Shown: positions 1-10,181, counted from the stretch's first letter. The stretch: DNA of 64,000 nucleotides from an uncultured bacterium (GCA_965368975.1 CBDUPA010000001.1:828118-892117); one strand, 5' to 3'. Numbers and translations: made by a program. The notes: generated by a model from the letters alone, not told the origin.

Positions 1-1967
1 GGGTCGCAGCCATGCTCGAGACCTTGCGTGCCTTGCAGAGCGGTGATCCTCTCAGCCACGACATCATCTTCCTGTTCAGCGACGCTGAAGAAGTTGGCTT
101 GCTCGGCGCACGGGCCTTCGTCGACCAGCACCCCTGGGCTGAGGACGTCAGAGTCATTCTCAACTTCGAGGCGCGTGGCACCAGCGGCGCCTCGGTCATG
201 TTCCGCACCAACGATGGCAATGGCTGGATCGTCCGGCAGATGGCTGCGGCAGCTGCGCCGGTGGCCAGCTCGCTATCCCACGACGTCTTCAAGTTGATGC
301 CCAATGACACCGACTTCTCGCAGCTGCGACGTCTCGATGCGGTGGGTATGGATTTCGCGTTCATCCGCGGCTTGCCGCACTACCACACCGCGCTCGACAA
401 CCTCGATAACCTGGACGCCGGCAGCGTGCAGCAGCACGGCGATGCCCTGCTGTCGATGTTGCGCCGCCTCAACGGCCAGTCTCTCGATCCCTTGCCCGCC
501 AGCGGCGATGTGTCGTACTTCAACTTCCCGGGACTGGGCCTGGTCGTGTACTCGGTCGGCCTGGTGTTGCCATTCGCCGTCCTGCTCCTCGTCGCCTGGA
601 GCCTCGTCCTCGTCATGGCCAGGCGCCGTGGCCGGGTCCGGGTCAAAGCTGTCCTGGGCGGTGCTCTTGGCTTCTTGCTCAGCGTGGTCGTCTCGGTCGT
701 CGTGCTGGTCGTCGTGATGCAACAGTTCCTGCGTCTGGACGCCCGCTTCGCCTGGATGAACAATGGCGTTTCCTACGACGGGGAAGCCTACATCTGGGGC
801 TTGATCGCTCTCGGGTTGGCGGTCATCGGTTCTCTCACCTTGGGCCTGATGCGCATGGTCGGTGCTCTGGCCGCCAGCCTCGGTGCTCTGCTGGTGTGGA
901 CGATCTGCGCACTGCTGACGTCCATTCTGTTGCCCGGCGCCAGTTACCTCTTCCTGTGGCCGGCCTTCGCCGTGCTCATCGGTATCGCGCTGATGCTGCG
1001 CTGGCCTGAAGGACCCAGCTGGCGCAACACAGGCGTCATCATCGTGGCTCTGTGCCCAGCGATGCTGATTGTGCCGACCATCGCCTTCATGATCATGGAA
1101 GGCCTCGGTCTGCCGTTGGTGCCTATGCTGTGCCTGCTGATCCTGCTGCTCGCTGGCCTCGCCGTCCAGTTGCTCGACCTGTTCCCGCCGAAGCTAGTGT
1201 GGGCGTTGCCCGCTCTCGCCCTGGTCCTAGGCCTTGTGCAGCTGATCCCCAACATCGGTAAGGGCTTCAGCGCCGAAGAGCCGCGTCCCAACATGCTGCT
1301 CTATGCCCTTGACGCCGATGCCGGCAACGCTCGCTGGGCCAGTCTAGATCCGGCCGTCAGCGAGTGGAACGAGCCCTACCTCGGCCAACCCGAGGGACGG
1401 CAGCAACTCACCGACATGCTGCCCTTCCTGTTCGAGTTCATGCAGGCCGAGGCCCCTGTCTTAGATCTGCAACCGCCGCAGGCCCGTCTGCTGCTCGCTG
1501 ATGAAGACCAGGAGGAAGGTGCCACGGAGACGGAAGCTGAGGCCGCGGACACGGAGCCCACAGACGTCGACGCGATCGAAGGCGAGGTGACCGAGCCAGC
1601 TACCGACGAGCACATCGTGCGGGCCGAACTGGTCTCTCCGCGCGGTGGCAGCCGGTACTTCATCGGCTTTGAGAGCCTGGCCCAGGTCGTCGCCGTGCGC
1701 ATCGGGGAGCAGCGCTTCGAGTTCCCGTCACCGCGTGGTGGTGGGGGAGACTTCAGCTGGTTGATGGAGGCCTTCGGCACACTGTCCGAGCCGTTGGTCC
1801 TCGAGCTGGAACTCACCGACCGCCATCCCGTCGACCTGGTCGTCGTCGATCTCAGCTACGGACTGCCCGAGGAAGTTGCCACCCGTCCCGCGGACACCAT
1901 GCCGCGGCCGCACCTGCCGTTCATCGACACCACCCTGGTGCGGGCGCGCTACTTGTTGGCGCCCTGA
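1..1967 (+). CDS. Membrane-bound M28-family metallopeptidase (ERMP1/Pff1-like), 5'-truncated by the window edge
   Basis: Frame is open from the window start (VAAMLETLRAL follows the typical DDxxG motif). Motifs DAEEVGLLGA, NFEARG, NDTDF and YHT are present, followed by about 8-9 hydrophobic helices and a soluble C-terminal domain. Confidence 0.88.
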   Translation, partial: VAAMLETLRALQSGDPLSHDIIFLFSDAEEVGLLGARAFVDQHPWAEDVRVILNFEARGTSGASVMFRTNDGNGWIVRQMAAAAAPVASSLSHDVFKLMPNDTDFSQLRRLDAVGMDFAFIRGLPHYHTALDNLDNLDAGSVQQHGDALLSMLRRLNGQSLDPLPASGDVSYFNFPGLGLVVYSVGLVLPFAVLLLVAWSLVLVMARRRGRVRVKAVLGGALGFLLSVVVSVVVLVVVMQQFLRLDARFAWMNNGVSYDGEAYIWGLIALGLAVIGSLTLGLMRMVGALAASLGALLVWTICALLTSILLPGASYLFLWPAFAVLIGIALMLRWPEGPSWRNTGVIIVALCPAMLIVPTIAFMIMEGLGLPLVPMLCLLILLLAGLAVQLLDLFPPKLVWALPALALVLGLVQLIPNIGKGFSAEEPRPNMLLYALDADAGNARWASLDPAVSEWNEPYLGQPEGRQQLTDMLPFLFEFMQAEAPVLDLQPPQARLLLADEDQEEGATETEAEAADTEPTDVDAIEGEVTEPATDEHIVRAELVSPRGGSRYFIGFESLAQVVAVRIGEQRFEFPSPRGGGGDFSWLMEAFGTLSEPLVLELELTDRHPVDLVVVDLSYGLPEEVATRPADTMPRPHLPFIDTTLVRARYLLAP

Positions 1968-1999
1968 AGCGGGCGCCTGAGTCGGGGTAGCCCGGGACC

Positions 2000-2941
2000 A
2001 TGGACCCTATCGGCGCGGGAGAAGCCGCCTGCCTGGCGGCATCTCTCGGTTGGGCCTTGTCGCTCGCATGGTTTCGTGCCCCTGTGCAGCAGTTCGGTGC
2101 CTGGGCGGCCAATGTGGGGAAGAACGTGCTCGGCACGTTCTTCCTCGGGTTGACCGTTCTGGCCTTCGGTTTCACGAGTTCCCTGGCCAGCGCGCCGCCA
2201 CGCGCTCTGCTCCTGGTCGCCGCCTCCGGCATCCTCGGCCTCGCGCTCGGTGATACCGCCCTTTTCGCTGCCCTTGCTCGGCTCGGCCTGCACCGCACAC
2301 TGCTACTGCAGAGCCTGTCCCCTGTGTTCGCTGGCGCCCTGGCCATGGGGGTCTATGGTGAGCGGCTGACGTTGGTCCAGTTGCTCGGTGCTCTGACTAT
2401 CCTCATCGGCATCGTCGCCGTCGTCAGTGAACGCACCGCGCCTCCGCGTCGACAAGGTGGAGTGGCATCCGGCACAGCCACCCGAGTTACTCATTTGCCC
2501 CGCAGAGCTCTGTTCTACGGTGTCTTCTTCGGCATTCTCTCCGCTTTCGGCCAGGGTGCCGGCCTGGTTCTCGCCAAAGATGGTATGCGGGACCTTCCCT
2601 TCCTTCCTGCCAGCTTCGTCCGCCTCGGAGCCGCCGTCCTCGTCTTGACCCTCCTGCTTCCCCTGGTGGGACGTGGTCATGTCCTCCGGCAGCTGGTCTC
2701 CCAACCAGAGCTCTGGCGCCGCCTCAGCGCTCCCACGTTCGTGGGCGGCTATCTCTGCATCCTCCTCATGATGGCCGGCATCGCCTGGGCCCCAGCCTCC
2801 ATCGCTGCCGTTCTCCTGGCCACCCCGCCCGTCTGGGCCCTCTTTCTCGATGCCTGGATCGAAAGGCGTCCCGTCACTGTCCGAGGCCTCTCCGGCACTA
2901 TCCTGACGGTCATCGGTATCGCTGTTCTGACGACATCTTGA
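2000..2941 (+). CDS. DMT/EamA-family transporter
   Basis: 313 aa, about 10 TM helices in two EamA halves (SGILGLALGD, LSPVFA...GERLT). Confidence 0.88.
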   Translation: MDPIGAGEAACLAASLGWALSLAWFRAPVQQFGAWAANVGKNVLGTFFLGLTVLAFGFTSSLASAPPRALLLVAASGILGLALGDTALFAALARLGLHRTLLLQSLSPVFAGALAMGVYGERLTLVQLLGALTILIGIVAVVSERTAPPRRQGGVASGTATRVTHLPRRALFYGVFFGILSAFGQGAGLVLAKDGMRDLPFLPASFVRLGAAVLVLTLLLPLVGRGHVLRQLVSQPELWRRLSAPTFVGGYLCILLMMAGIAWAPASIAAVLLATPPVWALFLDAWIERRPVTVRGLSGTILTVIGIAVLTTS

Positions 2942-2943
2942 GG

Positions 2944-2952
2944 TGCTAGAAT
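2944..2952 (+). promoter_or_regulatory. Extended -10 promoter element for the tRNA
   Basis: TGcTAGAAT located 18 nt upstream of the tRNA 5' end. Confidence 0.5.
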
Positions 2953-2970
2953 CCTTCCGCTGACGCAAAT

Positions 2971-3054
2971 GCCGGAGTGGCGAAACTGGTAAACGCAGGG
3001 GACTTAAAATCCTCCGAGCTAACCCTCTTGCGGGTTCGAGTCCCGCCTCCGGCA
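2971..3054 (+). tRNA. tRNA-Leu (anticodon TAA); CCA not encoded
   Basis: Acceptor stem GCCGGAG/CTCCGGC + discriminator A; D-arm GCGAAACTGGTAAACGC; anticodon arm GGGGA-CTTAAAA-TCCTC; long variable arm; T-arm GCGGG-TTCGAGT-CCCGC. Confidence 0.96.
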
Positions 3055-3084
3055 CTTCGCTGGCTCCGCGGTTTCAGGGTTCCT

Positions 3085-4791
3085 TCAGCCCCCCGCCGCG
3101 TCCCTGCCGCCTTCCATTCCCTCGACGCCTTCTGGGCGCAGCAGTAGATGCCCGTCGTTGGGCTGGTAGCGGCCCAGTTCCTTGAAGCGCTCGATCGCGT
3201 CTTCACCGTTGAACTCGACGGACAACTCCATGCGCTTGTCGTGGAAGTAAAGCGGCGAGCTACCGTCTTCTCGTGAGATCACGGAGGTGTGGAAGTTCCA
3301 CAATTCCGGGTTCTGGGTCACCGGGAAGGCCAGGTGCTTCTGGAAGCGCACCCAGTCGACGCTGCCGGGGATCAGGATCTCGTTGAAGAAGCTGTACCAG
3401 GTGTAGGAGTGAGGTGTGCCGTTCTTCTGCAGGTTGAGCGAGTTGATCTCGTGCTTGATTTCGAGGCAACGCTCGCGCGTGATGTGGAAGGTCTCCTCGG
3501 TGTCGGAGGGCACGCCGACGATGATGCCGAAGTAGACGGCGGGCACTCCGGCCTGGACGATTTCGCGGATCAAATCTAGTTCGATGTGGAAGGGCCGCAG
3601 CTTGTGCAGCTTCTTCATGTCCTTGTCGTCGAGCTTCTCGAGGGGCACGTAGATGCGGAAGCAGCCGACCCACTCGCCGCCTTCGCCCCCATTGTTGTAG
3701 AACATGGCGTTGAACAGCTCGCGGTTCACCTTGCCTCTGGTCTCGTCCCACAGCATGCCGATCTGGATTCCGCCGTCGAATTCCCAGGCCATGCGCAGTT
3801 CACGCATGATCTGGAAGATCTCGATGATCTCCTGCGTGCCGCCTTCTGGGTCGAGCGCCACGCGGCTGAGCAAGTTGTCCTCGTTGAGGGCGATGCTGCG
3901 GATGCCAAACGAGGCATAGAACTCGAGGATCTGACGCACGCGGGCGGTACGTGCGTAGCGGAAGTGGGTGCCGACGAGGTTCGGGGTGCCGCAGAAGGTG
4001 CAGCACTCGTGGCAGCCGCGCGAGGACTCGAAGTGCATGATCGGCGGGGACACGCCGGGGATCAGCAGGCCTTCGCCGCTCTCGCTGAAGTCGTTGACGT
4101 CGACCAGGTCGAGGGCGGGCAGCGGTGCGCTGTTCATGTCCGTCGCCCACGGGTCCTTGTTCTTCGGGTAACTGCCCAGGCGCAGGTAGCGGCCCGGTGC
4201 CATCGGCCGGCTGGTGGTGACCTTGCCGTCGCGAAGGACGGTGATGCCGGGCACGTCCATGATGTCGTTGCCCGCGGAGAGGCGTTCGAGCACGGCTGGC
4301 AGGCGTGATTCGCCTTCGGCGAGCACCACCACGTCGACGCCACGCTGCAGGTAGTAGGGGTAGCGCGCCGCGACGTCGCTGCCGCCGGCCATGGTCAAGG
4401 CATCGGGGTTGACCTTGCGCACCCACTTGAGGAATTCCTCGGTGACGCCGGCGTTCTGCGTGAAGTTGTTGGAGACGCAGACGACGTCCGCCCGCTCGAC
4501 GGCTTCGCGCGAGGACTCGAAGGGCGAGCCGATCCACACGTCTTGCATCTTGCGACCGAAGTAGTCGACATCCTTGTGCGGCGTCTCGCGGTCGGCTTCG
4601 CGGATGCGCAGGTTCTCGATGCAGACGTCGATGTCGGGGTACTTCTGGCGCAGTGCCGAGGACAGCATCATCTCTGGCATCGGGGGGAAGCGGGGGCGCG
4701 AGGTAGCGACGAAACCGTCGTCGTCCTTCAGCGTCGAGATCGGCGTCGTGATGAAGGCTACACGAGGCTTGGCCGGCAGTTTCCGCAGCAT
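3085..4791 (-). CDS. B12-binding-domain radical SAM protein
   Basis: SRGCHECCTFC (CxxxCxxC), EDN motif, N-terminal B12-binding-like region (AGGSDV...EGE). GGAGG RBS upstream of ATG 4791. Confidence 0.85.
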   Translation of the reverse strand: MLRKLPAKPRVAFITTPISTLKDDDGFVATSRPRFPPMPEMMLSSALRQKYPDIDVCIENLRIREADRETPHKDVDYFGRKMQDVWIGSPFESSREAVERADVVCVSNNFTQNAGVTEEFLKWVRKVNPDALTMAGGSDVAARYPYYLQRGVDVVVLAEGESRLPAVLERLSAGNDIMDVPGITVLRDGKVTTSRPMAPGRYLRLGSYPKNKDPWATDMNSAPLPALDLVDVNDFSESGEGLLIPGVSPPIMHFESSRGCHECCTFCGTPNLVGTHFRYARTARVRQILEFYASFGIRSIALNEDNLLSRVALDPEGGTQEIIEIFQIMRELRMAWEFDGGIQIGMLWDETRGKVNRELFNAMFYNNGGEGGEWVGCFRIYVPLEKLDDKDMKKLHKLRPFHIELDLIREIVQAGVPAVYFGIIVGVPSDTEETFHITRERCLEIKHEINSLNLQKNGTPHSYTWYSFFNEILIPGSVDWVRFQKHLAFPVTQNPELWNFHTSVISREDGSSPLYFHDKRMELSVEFNGEDAIERFKELGRYQPNDGHLLLRPEGVEGMEGGRDAAGG

Positions 4792-4884
4792 GAGCAACTC
4801 CTCCGTGGGGGGCGAATCCCGGGTCGGTAGGGTGGTGACGAGATGGTGGAGGACCCGAGAGACAACAAGGATCAGATGTGCTGC

Positions 4885-4914
4885 AAGCTACCAGGCGTGG
4901 AGAACCGCCGTCAA
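4885..4914 (-). promoter_or_regulatory. Sigma70-like promoter of the radical SAM gene
   Basis: Minus strand TTGACG-N18-TAGCTT with a TG extension. Confidence 0.5.
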
Positions 4915-5066
4915 CCGCGCGCGGGACCGCGCGGGACAACTAGCGGAGAAGAATATTTGCATGGCTCTATCTGATCGCGCTCGTTTTTCCGCTTAGCAGG
5001 AGACGGCGTCATGAAGACGTCGCTCTGACAATGAGTGCCCCCGACTTTGGGGGAGGAGGATTCATC

Positions 5067-7037
5067 ATGGTTGAGTGTAAGCGTGCTACGAAGTGGAGCC
5101 CGACGCGGGCCGTTCTGTGTGCCCTGGCAACTGTCGGGCTGTGCCTGACCTTGGGCGTTGTACCGAGCATCGAGGCACAGGTGTCGGGCACGACGATAGG
5201 GGCGAATCCGGCCTGTTTGGTACCCGTTGACCCGGTGCCGAGCGGCACGATAGACCGGCCTTTCGCCGAGGTGCCGACTGCGGATTCCTATTTGCACTCA
5301 TCGACTCACCTGCAGGGCCGGCGGGCGACGGTGAAGTGGGCGGGTGGCCTGATGCACCGGCCGGCGGTGAGTACTTGGTTCAATGAAATGACCAGTGCGC
5401 TGGTGATCAACAACCCGCACCCGACGCAGGCGACCGCAGTGTTGATCGACTACTTCGATCATCTGGGCACGTTGGTAGGGACGACCGGTCCGTGGACGAT
5501 TCCAGCGGAGGGCTTCCATACGGAAGCCGCGACGCCGCTGGCTGGATCGCGCGGCGTGGGCTCGGCGCGCATCACGGTTCAGGGCGAGGGGCCGGAGATC
5601 GTCGGTGCGGTGCTCTGGCACCTCGCACGGTTGTTCGACGGTGCCGGTTTCGAAGTTCTAGATCCCGATCCCAACTTCGACGATCCCGGGCCTGGTGCGG
5701 CATCGATGCAGCAGCTGCAGGTTGTTCAGGACGCCACTGAACTGGTCTGGGGGCCACTGCCCGTATCCAGTGTCAGCACCATCGACTTCTTCAACGGCGC
5801 CCAGCCGATCTTGAACGTGGTCAATCCGAACAATGCACCGAATCGCGTTCGCGTTGAGCTGTCGATCCACACGATCGGTAGCGGCGCTACGGCGCAACTC
5901 GTCTGGCGAGTTGTCGATCTGCCGCCCTTTGGTTCTCTGACCGACGTGCTCGGTGCGCACCTGACGGACCTGGGTACCAACGACACCAAGGCGCTGTGGA
6001 ACCAGCTGTTCCAACGCTATCTCGCATTCTCGACCGGGAATCAGGCGTCCGACTCCGACTACACCTTGCGCGTGATTTCGGAGGACGATCTGCCGATTCT
6101 CGGTGACGTGGTGGTGACCGACATTTGGGGACCGGTGTCAAAGAGCGCGCGCAACATCAGTGTCGGTGGTCTTGGGGGGATCGAGCCCGAGCCTCGCCCA
6201 CAGGACAATCTGCTTCTCGGTGGCCGTTTCCGTATGGCGTCGAGCATGCTGGCTCCGACGCCGACTTGGCGACTGCTCAATCCGGATCTGACGTTCGATT
6301 ACACGCCGACCAATGGCGTCCCCGACTTGCGTCAGACCATGATGCTGGTCTCGAACGTCGGCGCCGCCGACGCGGGGCCGGTGCATATCCAGTACTACGA
6401 CCGTGATGGCAACCAGTTGGCTGCGGCATCCGTGCCATCCTTGCTACCTGACCAGACGCTGCGCATCCAGCCCGGTGCCCACAACTATCCATCGACTACC
6501 CACAATCCCTTTGGCTGGGCGCGCATCACCGCTTGTCTGCCGGGGGCCGAACTGGTTGGTTGGTCGCTACGCGAAGTGCGTCCGCTCGACCTGCTGCCAG
6601 CCGAGTATCGGAAGGCTTTCGGTGAGCTTCTGGTGGGCAACGGTGGCCTGGAGCCAGGAGACTCGTTCGCTTCCGGTGATGGTGACTTGCGCAAGGTGAT
6701 CCCGCTGGCGCGGGTTTGGTTGAACAATCCGTTCCCTGGAGACGTGACCTTCGGCAACTTCGCCGGACCCCAGATCGGTGACTACACCTGGGAGTTCGCG
6801 GATGGCGGTGGTGTTGACTGCTCGGTGGGGACGGTCTTCAACACGGTACCATTCGGGTCGACATCTTCGACACACGTCGATCCGAACGAGATTTCCGGCT
6901 GCGGCACGCCCTTCGCCGAGAATCTGAACGGCCGGGTCGATCACGATAGCGGCACGATCGAAGGTATCGATATCATCGGGGATCCCTTGTCGGAATATGA
7001 CATCCCAGACTTTGCCCAGGGTGGCATGGAACAGTGA
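5067..7037 (+). CDS. Secreted hypothetical protein with repeated beta-rich modules
   Basis: GGAGGAGG RBS before ATG 5067; signal peptide (…VVPSIEA-Q); recurring N-P/x..A..V.I.Y.D..G motifs. Confidence 0.7.
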   Translation: MVECKRATKWSPTRAVLCALATVGLCLTLGVVPSIEAQVSGTTIGANPACLVPVDPVPSGTIDRPFAEVPTADSYLHSSTHLQGRRATVKWAGGLMHRPAVSTWFNEMTSALVINNPHPTQATAVLIDYFDHLGTLVGTTGPWTIPAEGFHTEAATPLAGSRGVGSARITVQGEGPEIVGAVLWHLARLFDGAGFEVLDPDPNFDDPGPGAASMQQLQVVQDATELVWGPLPVSSVSTIDFFNGAQPILNVVNPNNAPNRVRVELSIHTIGSGATAQLVWRVVDLPPFGSLTDVLGAHLTDLGTNDTKALWNQLFQRYLAFSTGNQASDSDYTLRVISEDDLPILGDVVVTDIWGPVSKSARNISVGGLGGIEPEPRPQDNLLLGGRFRMASSMLAPTPTWRLLNPDLTFDYTPTNGVPDLRQTMMLVSNVGAADAGPVHIQYYDRDGNQLAAASVPSLLPDQTLRIQPGAHNYPSTTHNPFGWARITACLPGAELVGWSLREVRPLDLLPAEYRKAFGELLVGNGGLEPGDSFASGDGDLRKVIPLARVWLNNPFPGDVTFGNFAGPQIGDYTWEFADGGGVDCSVGTVFNTVPFGSTSSTHVDPNEISGCGTPFAENLNGRVDHDSGTIEGIDIIGDPLSEYDIPDFAQGGMEQ

Positions 7038-7062
7038 CTTCAGGCAGCCTGTACCGACGTCC

Positions 7063-9579
7063 TCAGGGGTTGTCGTCGGTACAGGCTGACAGTAGGTTTC
7101 GCGCATGGTCCAGTTCGGGGTGGTCGGAACGCAGCAGAGGTCTGCGCAGCTCGATAGAGTTGTGCAACCAGGGAGTTGCCTGAGCACAATCCGCGGCTGC
7201 GAAGTAGACGACACCGAGAAAGTAGCCGGCCTGAGCGGTCTGTGGATGGTCCGGCGACAGCGACGAAGTCGAGGTGTCGATGGCTCGCTGGAGCTGCTCG
7301 ATCGCTGCCTCGAGATCTCCCGCGGCCGCGCGGCAGTGTCCCAGCGCGGTGAGCGCCGCGGGGGCCAAGGGGGTGGCAGCGGTGTTGTTCTGGACGAGTT
7401 CCAGTGCCTGCTGCACCATGGGCTCGCCGCCGCGAAAGTCACCAGTGCGGCAGCGCAGTTCGCCCAGGTGCAAGAGGCTGCGGCCAAAGTCGGCGTGCTC
7501 TTCTCCCAGTAACTGCCGACGTCGTTCCAGGCTGCTCCGCAGCAGCGACTCGGCCGCTTCAGAGTCGCCCGCCAGGAAGAGCGTGACGCCGAGTTCGTCG
7601 ACGATGCCGGCGGTGAAAGGATTGTCGTCACCCAGTTGCGAGTGGTAGACGGCGTGCACCTGGCGCAGCATGCCTTCGGCTTCGGTGAAGTGTCCACGGT
7701 CCCGTTGCAGCAGCGCCAGGTTGCTGAGGGTGTGTGCGGTCCGCAGGTTGTCGTCGCCGAGGTTGCGGCGCTGGCCATCGAGAGCCTGCTGGTAGAGGTC
7801 GTGAGCTTCGGCGTAGTGCCCCTGGTCGTGCTGCAGCAGCGCCAGGCTGGCCAGAACCCGGTGAACTCCCGGATGGTCGGGGCCGAACAGACGGCTGCGT
7901 AGTTCGAGGGCCTCGTTCATCCATACTTCAGCTGTGGCGTAGTTGCCGAGGTGGGCCAGGTCGATGCTCAGCTGGAACAGTGAGGTTGCGACCTCGGCAT
8001 TCTCTTCGCCCAGCGTTTGCCGGTGCATCTCGAGTGCATCGTGGTTCAGGGCCAGACTCTGCTCGCTGAGGCCGAGACGGCTGTAGAGGCGCGCCAGCTC
8101 CAGCAATAGGTGCGCGGTTTCAGGGCTGGGGTCTAGAGCGCGCACTTGCTCGGCGCCGCGGTCGAGTAGCTCGCGAGCGGTGACGGAGGTGCCACGAGCG
8201 ACACTCGGGTCGGCAACGTTGAACAGTTCGGTGAGCATGAGCGAGATCTGCTCGGCACGGTCGCGCTGTTCGCGCACGTGGGCCGACTGTACGGCCATGA
8301 CGATGGCAAAGGCGATGGCCAGCAGGAAGAAGGCGCCAGTGGCACCAACGCCCAGGCGGTGGCGGCGCAGAAACTTGCCGGCACGGTAGCCGAGGCTGTC
8401 GCGGTGGGCGCGCACCGGTCGCCCGTCCAGGTGGTACTCGACGTCACGGGCCAGTTGTTCGACGGAGCCGTAGCGCCGTGCCGGCTCCTTGCGCAGCGCC
8501 ATCAGGATGATGGTGTCGAGATCGCCGCGCAGGCGTCGGCGCAGCTGGGATCCCGAAAGACCGCAGTGCGGTAGGTTCTCGACGCTGACAGCCCGGCTGG
8601 GGGCTTCTGGCTGCTGGTGTAGGATCGCTGCTTCCAGCGCGTGCTGGTTGTTGCGGTCGTTGTTCGTCTGGGGGCACCCGTCGCGGTCGGCGGGGAGGTT
8701 GGTCTCGAGACGATACGGGCGGCGGCCGGTGAGCAACTCGTAGAGCAGGACGCCGAGCGAGTAGACGTCGCTAGCGGTGGTGATCGCCGTGCCGCGCACC
8801 TGCTCCGGGCTGGCATAGGCGGGTGTCATCGGTCGTAGACCGGCGACGGTGGCCTGCGGCGCCAAGCCAGGCAGCGAGAGGCCGAGCACCTTGGCGATGC
8901 CGAAGTCCAACAGCTTCGGCGTACCGCCAGCTGTGACCAGGATGTTGGAGGGCTTGAGGTCGCGGTGCACGACCAGATTCCGGTGCGCGTACTGCACCGC
9001 GCCGCACACGGCGTGGAACAGGCGTAGCCGCTGTTCGACCCGCAGCCGCTGTTGCTCGCAGTAGCGGTCGATGGGCAGGCCGTCGATGTACTCCAGCACG
9101 AAGTAGGGTAGGCCGTCGGTTGTGGTGCCGCCGTCGTACAGGCGAGCGATGTGCGGATGGTCGAGATTGGCGAGGATCTGGCGTTCGCCGTGGAAGCGGC
9201 GCAGGATATCGCCGCTGTCCATGCCACGGCGCAGCAGCTTGATGGCCACCTGCTGGTGGAAGTCGCCGTCCTCGCGTTGCGCCAGGAAGACCGAACCGAT
9301 ACCGCCACGACCGATCTCGCGCAGCAAGCGATAAGGGCCCATCTGCTGGCCGACGAGGTTTGCCACCGGTTCCGGTCCGAGCCAGTTCAGTGCCACGCTG
9401 CCGATGACCTCTTCGAGGTGCCCGTCGTCTTCGGCGTCCGCCTCCAGTAATTCCGCTACCCTGCCGGCCAGATCCGCGTCGTCGCTGCAGGCTTCGCGTA
9501 CGTAGTCCTGGCGCTGTTCGGCTGGCCGCTCCAGAGCCTCGAGGAAGATGTCCTCGGCCCGTGTCCAGGGATCACTCAT
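7063..9579 (-). CDS. Hanks-type Ser/Thr protein kinase with TM helix and C-terminal TPR array
   Basis: GRGGIGSV, VAIK, HRDLKPSN, DFG, YASPEQ, SDVYSLG; TM helix; TPR repeats (HPxxA..L..LA). Confidence 0.93.
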   Translation of the reverse strand: MSDPWTRAEDIFLEALERPAEQRQDYVREACSDDADLAGRVAELLEADAEDDGHLEEVIGSVALNWLGPEPVANLVGQQMGPYRLLREIGRGGIGSVFLAQREDGDFHQQVAIKLLRRGMDSGDILRRFHGERQILANLDHPHIARLYDGGTTTDGLPYFVLEYIDGLPIDRYCEQQRLRVEQRLRLFHAVCGAVQYAHRNLVVHRDLKPSNILVTAGGTPKLLDFGIAKVLGLSLPGLAPQATVAGLRPMTPAYASPEQVRGTAITTASDVYSLGVLLYELLTGRRPYRLETNLPADRDGCPQTNNDRNNQHALEAAILHQQPEAPSRAVSVENLPHCGLSGSQLRRRLRGDLDTIILMALRKEPARRYGSVEQLARDVEYHLDGRPVRAHRDSLGYRAGKFLRRHRLGVGATGAFFLLAIAFAIVMAVQSAHVREQRDRAEQISLMLTELFNVADPSVARGTSVTARELLDRGAEQVRALDPSPETAHLLLELARLYSRLGLSEQSLALNHDALEMHRQTLGEENAEVATSLFQLSIDLAHLGNYATAEVWMNEALELRSRLFGPDHPGVHRVLASLALLQHDQGHYAEAHDLYQQALDGQRRNLGDDNLRTAHTLSNLALLQRDRGHFTEAEGMLRQVHAVYHSQLGDDNPFTAGIVDELGVTLFLAGDSEAAESLLRSSLERRRQLLGEEHADFGRSLLHLGELRCRTGDFRGGEPMVQQALELVQNNTAATPLAPAALTALGHCRAAAGDLEAAIEQLQRAIDTSTSSLSPDHPQTAQAGYFLGVVYFAAADCAQATPWLHNSIELRRPLLRSDHPELDHARNLLSACTDDNP

Positions 9580-10181
9580 GGGTTTGCTGTGGCATGGCCA
9601 CTGCCGCGTCGCAGCTGTGTCATCAGCCAGGCACGAGCAACACGTGTGTCGGATATCACCGTCGGTTCCGAGACACCCAATAGCTGTGCTGCCTCGGGCA
9701 CCGTCAGGCCGGCGAAGAAGCGAAGTTCGATGACCCGCTCGCGCCGCGGCGCACGGGCGCGCAGGGTCTCCAGCGCCTGGTCGAGTGCCAACAGATCAAC
9801 CCACTCTTCTTGCCGCGCACCGTCTGCGTCGGTCAGCGACAAGCGTTGCCGACCACCGCCCCTGCGCGCCGCGGCCAGTTGCCGGGCGTGGTCGACCAGG
9901 ATGCGCCGCATCATCCGTGCCGTGACAGCGTAGAAGTGAACGCGGTCGCGAAATGCCGGCAGACTGTGCGCCAGCCGCAAGTAAGCCTCGTGGATCAACG
10001 CCGTTGGCTGGAGCGTGTGGCTCGCTTTCTCGCCGCTCATGGCGCGCCGTGCCAGGCGTCGCAGCTCCGGATAGACCAGCGGTATCAAGCGATCGAGGGC
10101 TTGCTCGTCACCTGCGACCCAGCGATGCAGGCAGTCCGTGACGTCCTCGGTAGATACGGTGTTGTCTGCATCTGGATCCAT
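9576..10181 (-). CDS. ECF sigma factor, TIGR02999/ECF43-like, translationally coupled to the kinase
   Basis: VYPELRRLA, HTLQPTALIHEAYLRL, MRRILVDHAR, ELRFFAGLT; 4-nt ATGA overlap with the kinase start. Confidence 0.92.
   Translation of the reverse strand: MDPDADNTVSTEDVTDCLHRWVAGDEQALDRLIPLVYPELRRLARRAMSGEKASHTLQPTALIHEAYLRLAHSLPAFRDRVHFYAVTARMMRRILVDHARQLAAARRGGGRQRLSLTDADGARQEEWVDLLALDQALETLRARAPRRERVIELRFFAGLTVPEAAQLLGVSEPTVISDTRVARAWLMTQLRRGSGHATANP

Noticed and set aside
2971-3054. bldA-like translational control through tRNA-Leu(UAA) in a high-GC genome
   Set aside because: TTA codons occur in ordinary genes here (M28 peptidase, MurL-like protein, EamA), with no visible restriction to a regulon.
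2303-3055. Long antisense and alternative-frame ORFs (this one, 3800-4939, 19440-20510, 29327-30487, 54456-55556 and others)
   Set aside because: Shadow ORFs expected at high GC, overlapping well-supported genes or the tRNA, with no motifs.
4792-5066. Cobalamin riboswitch upstream of the B12 radical SAM gene
   Set aside because: No B12-box or GGGAA/GCCACTG core; only a small hairpin near 5000-5026.
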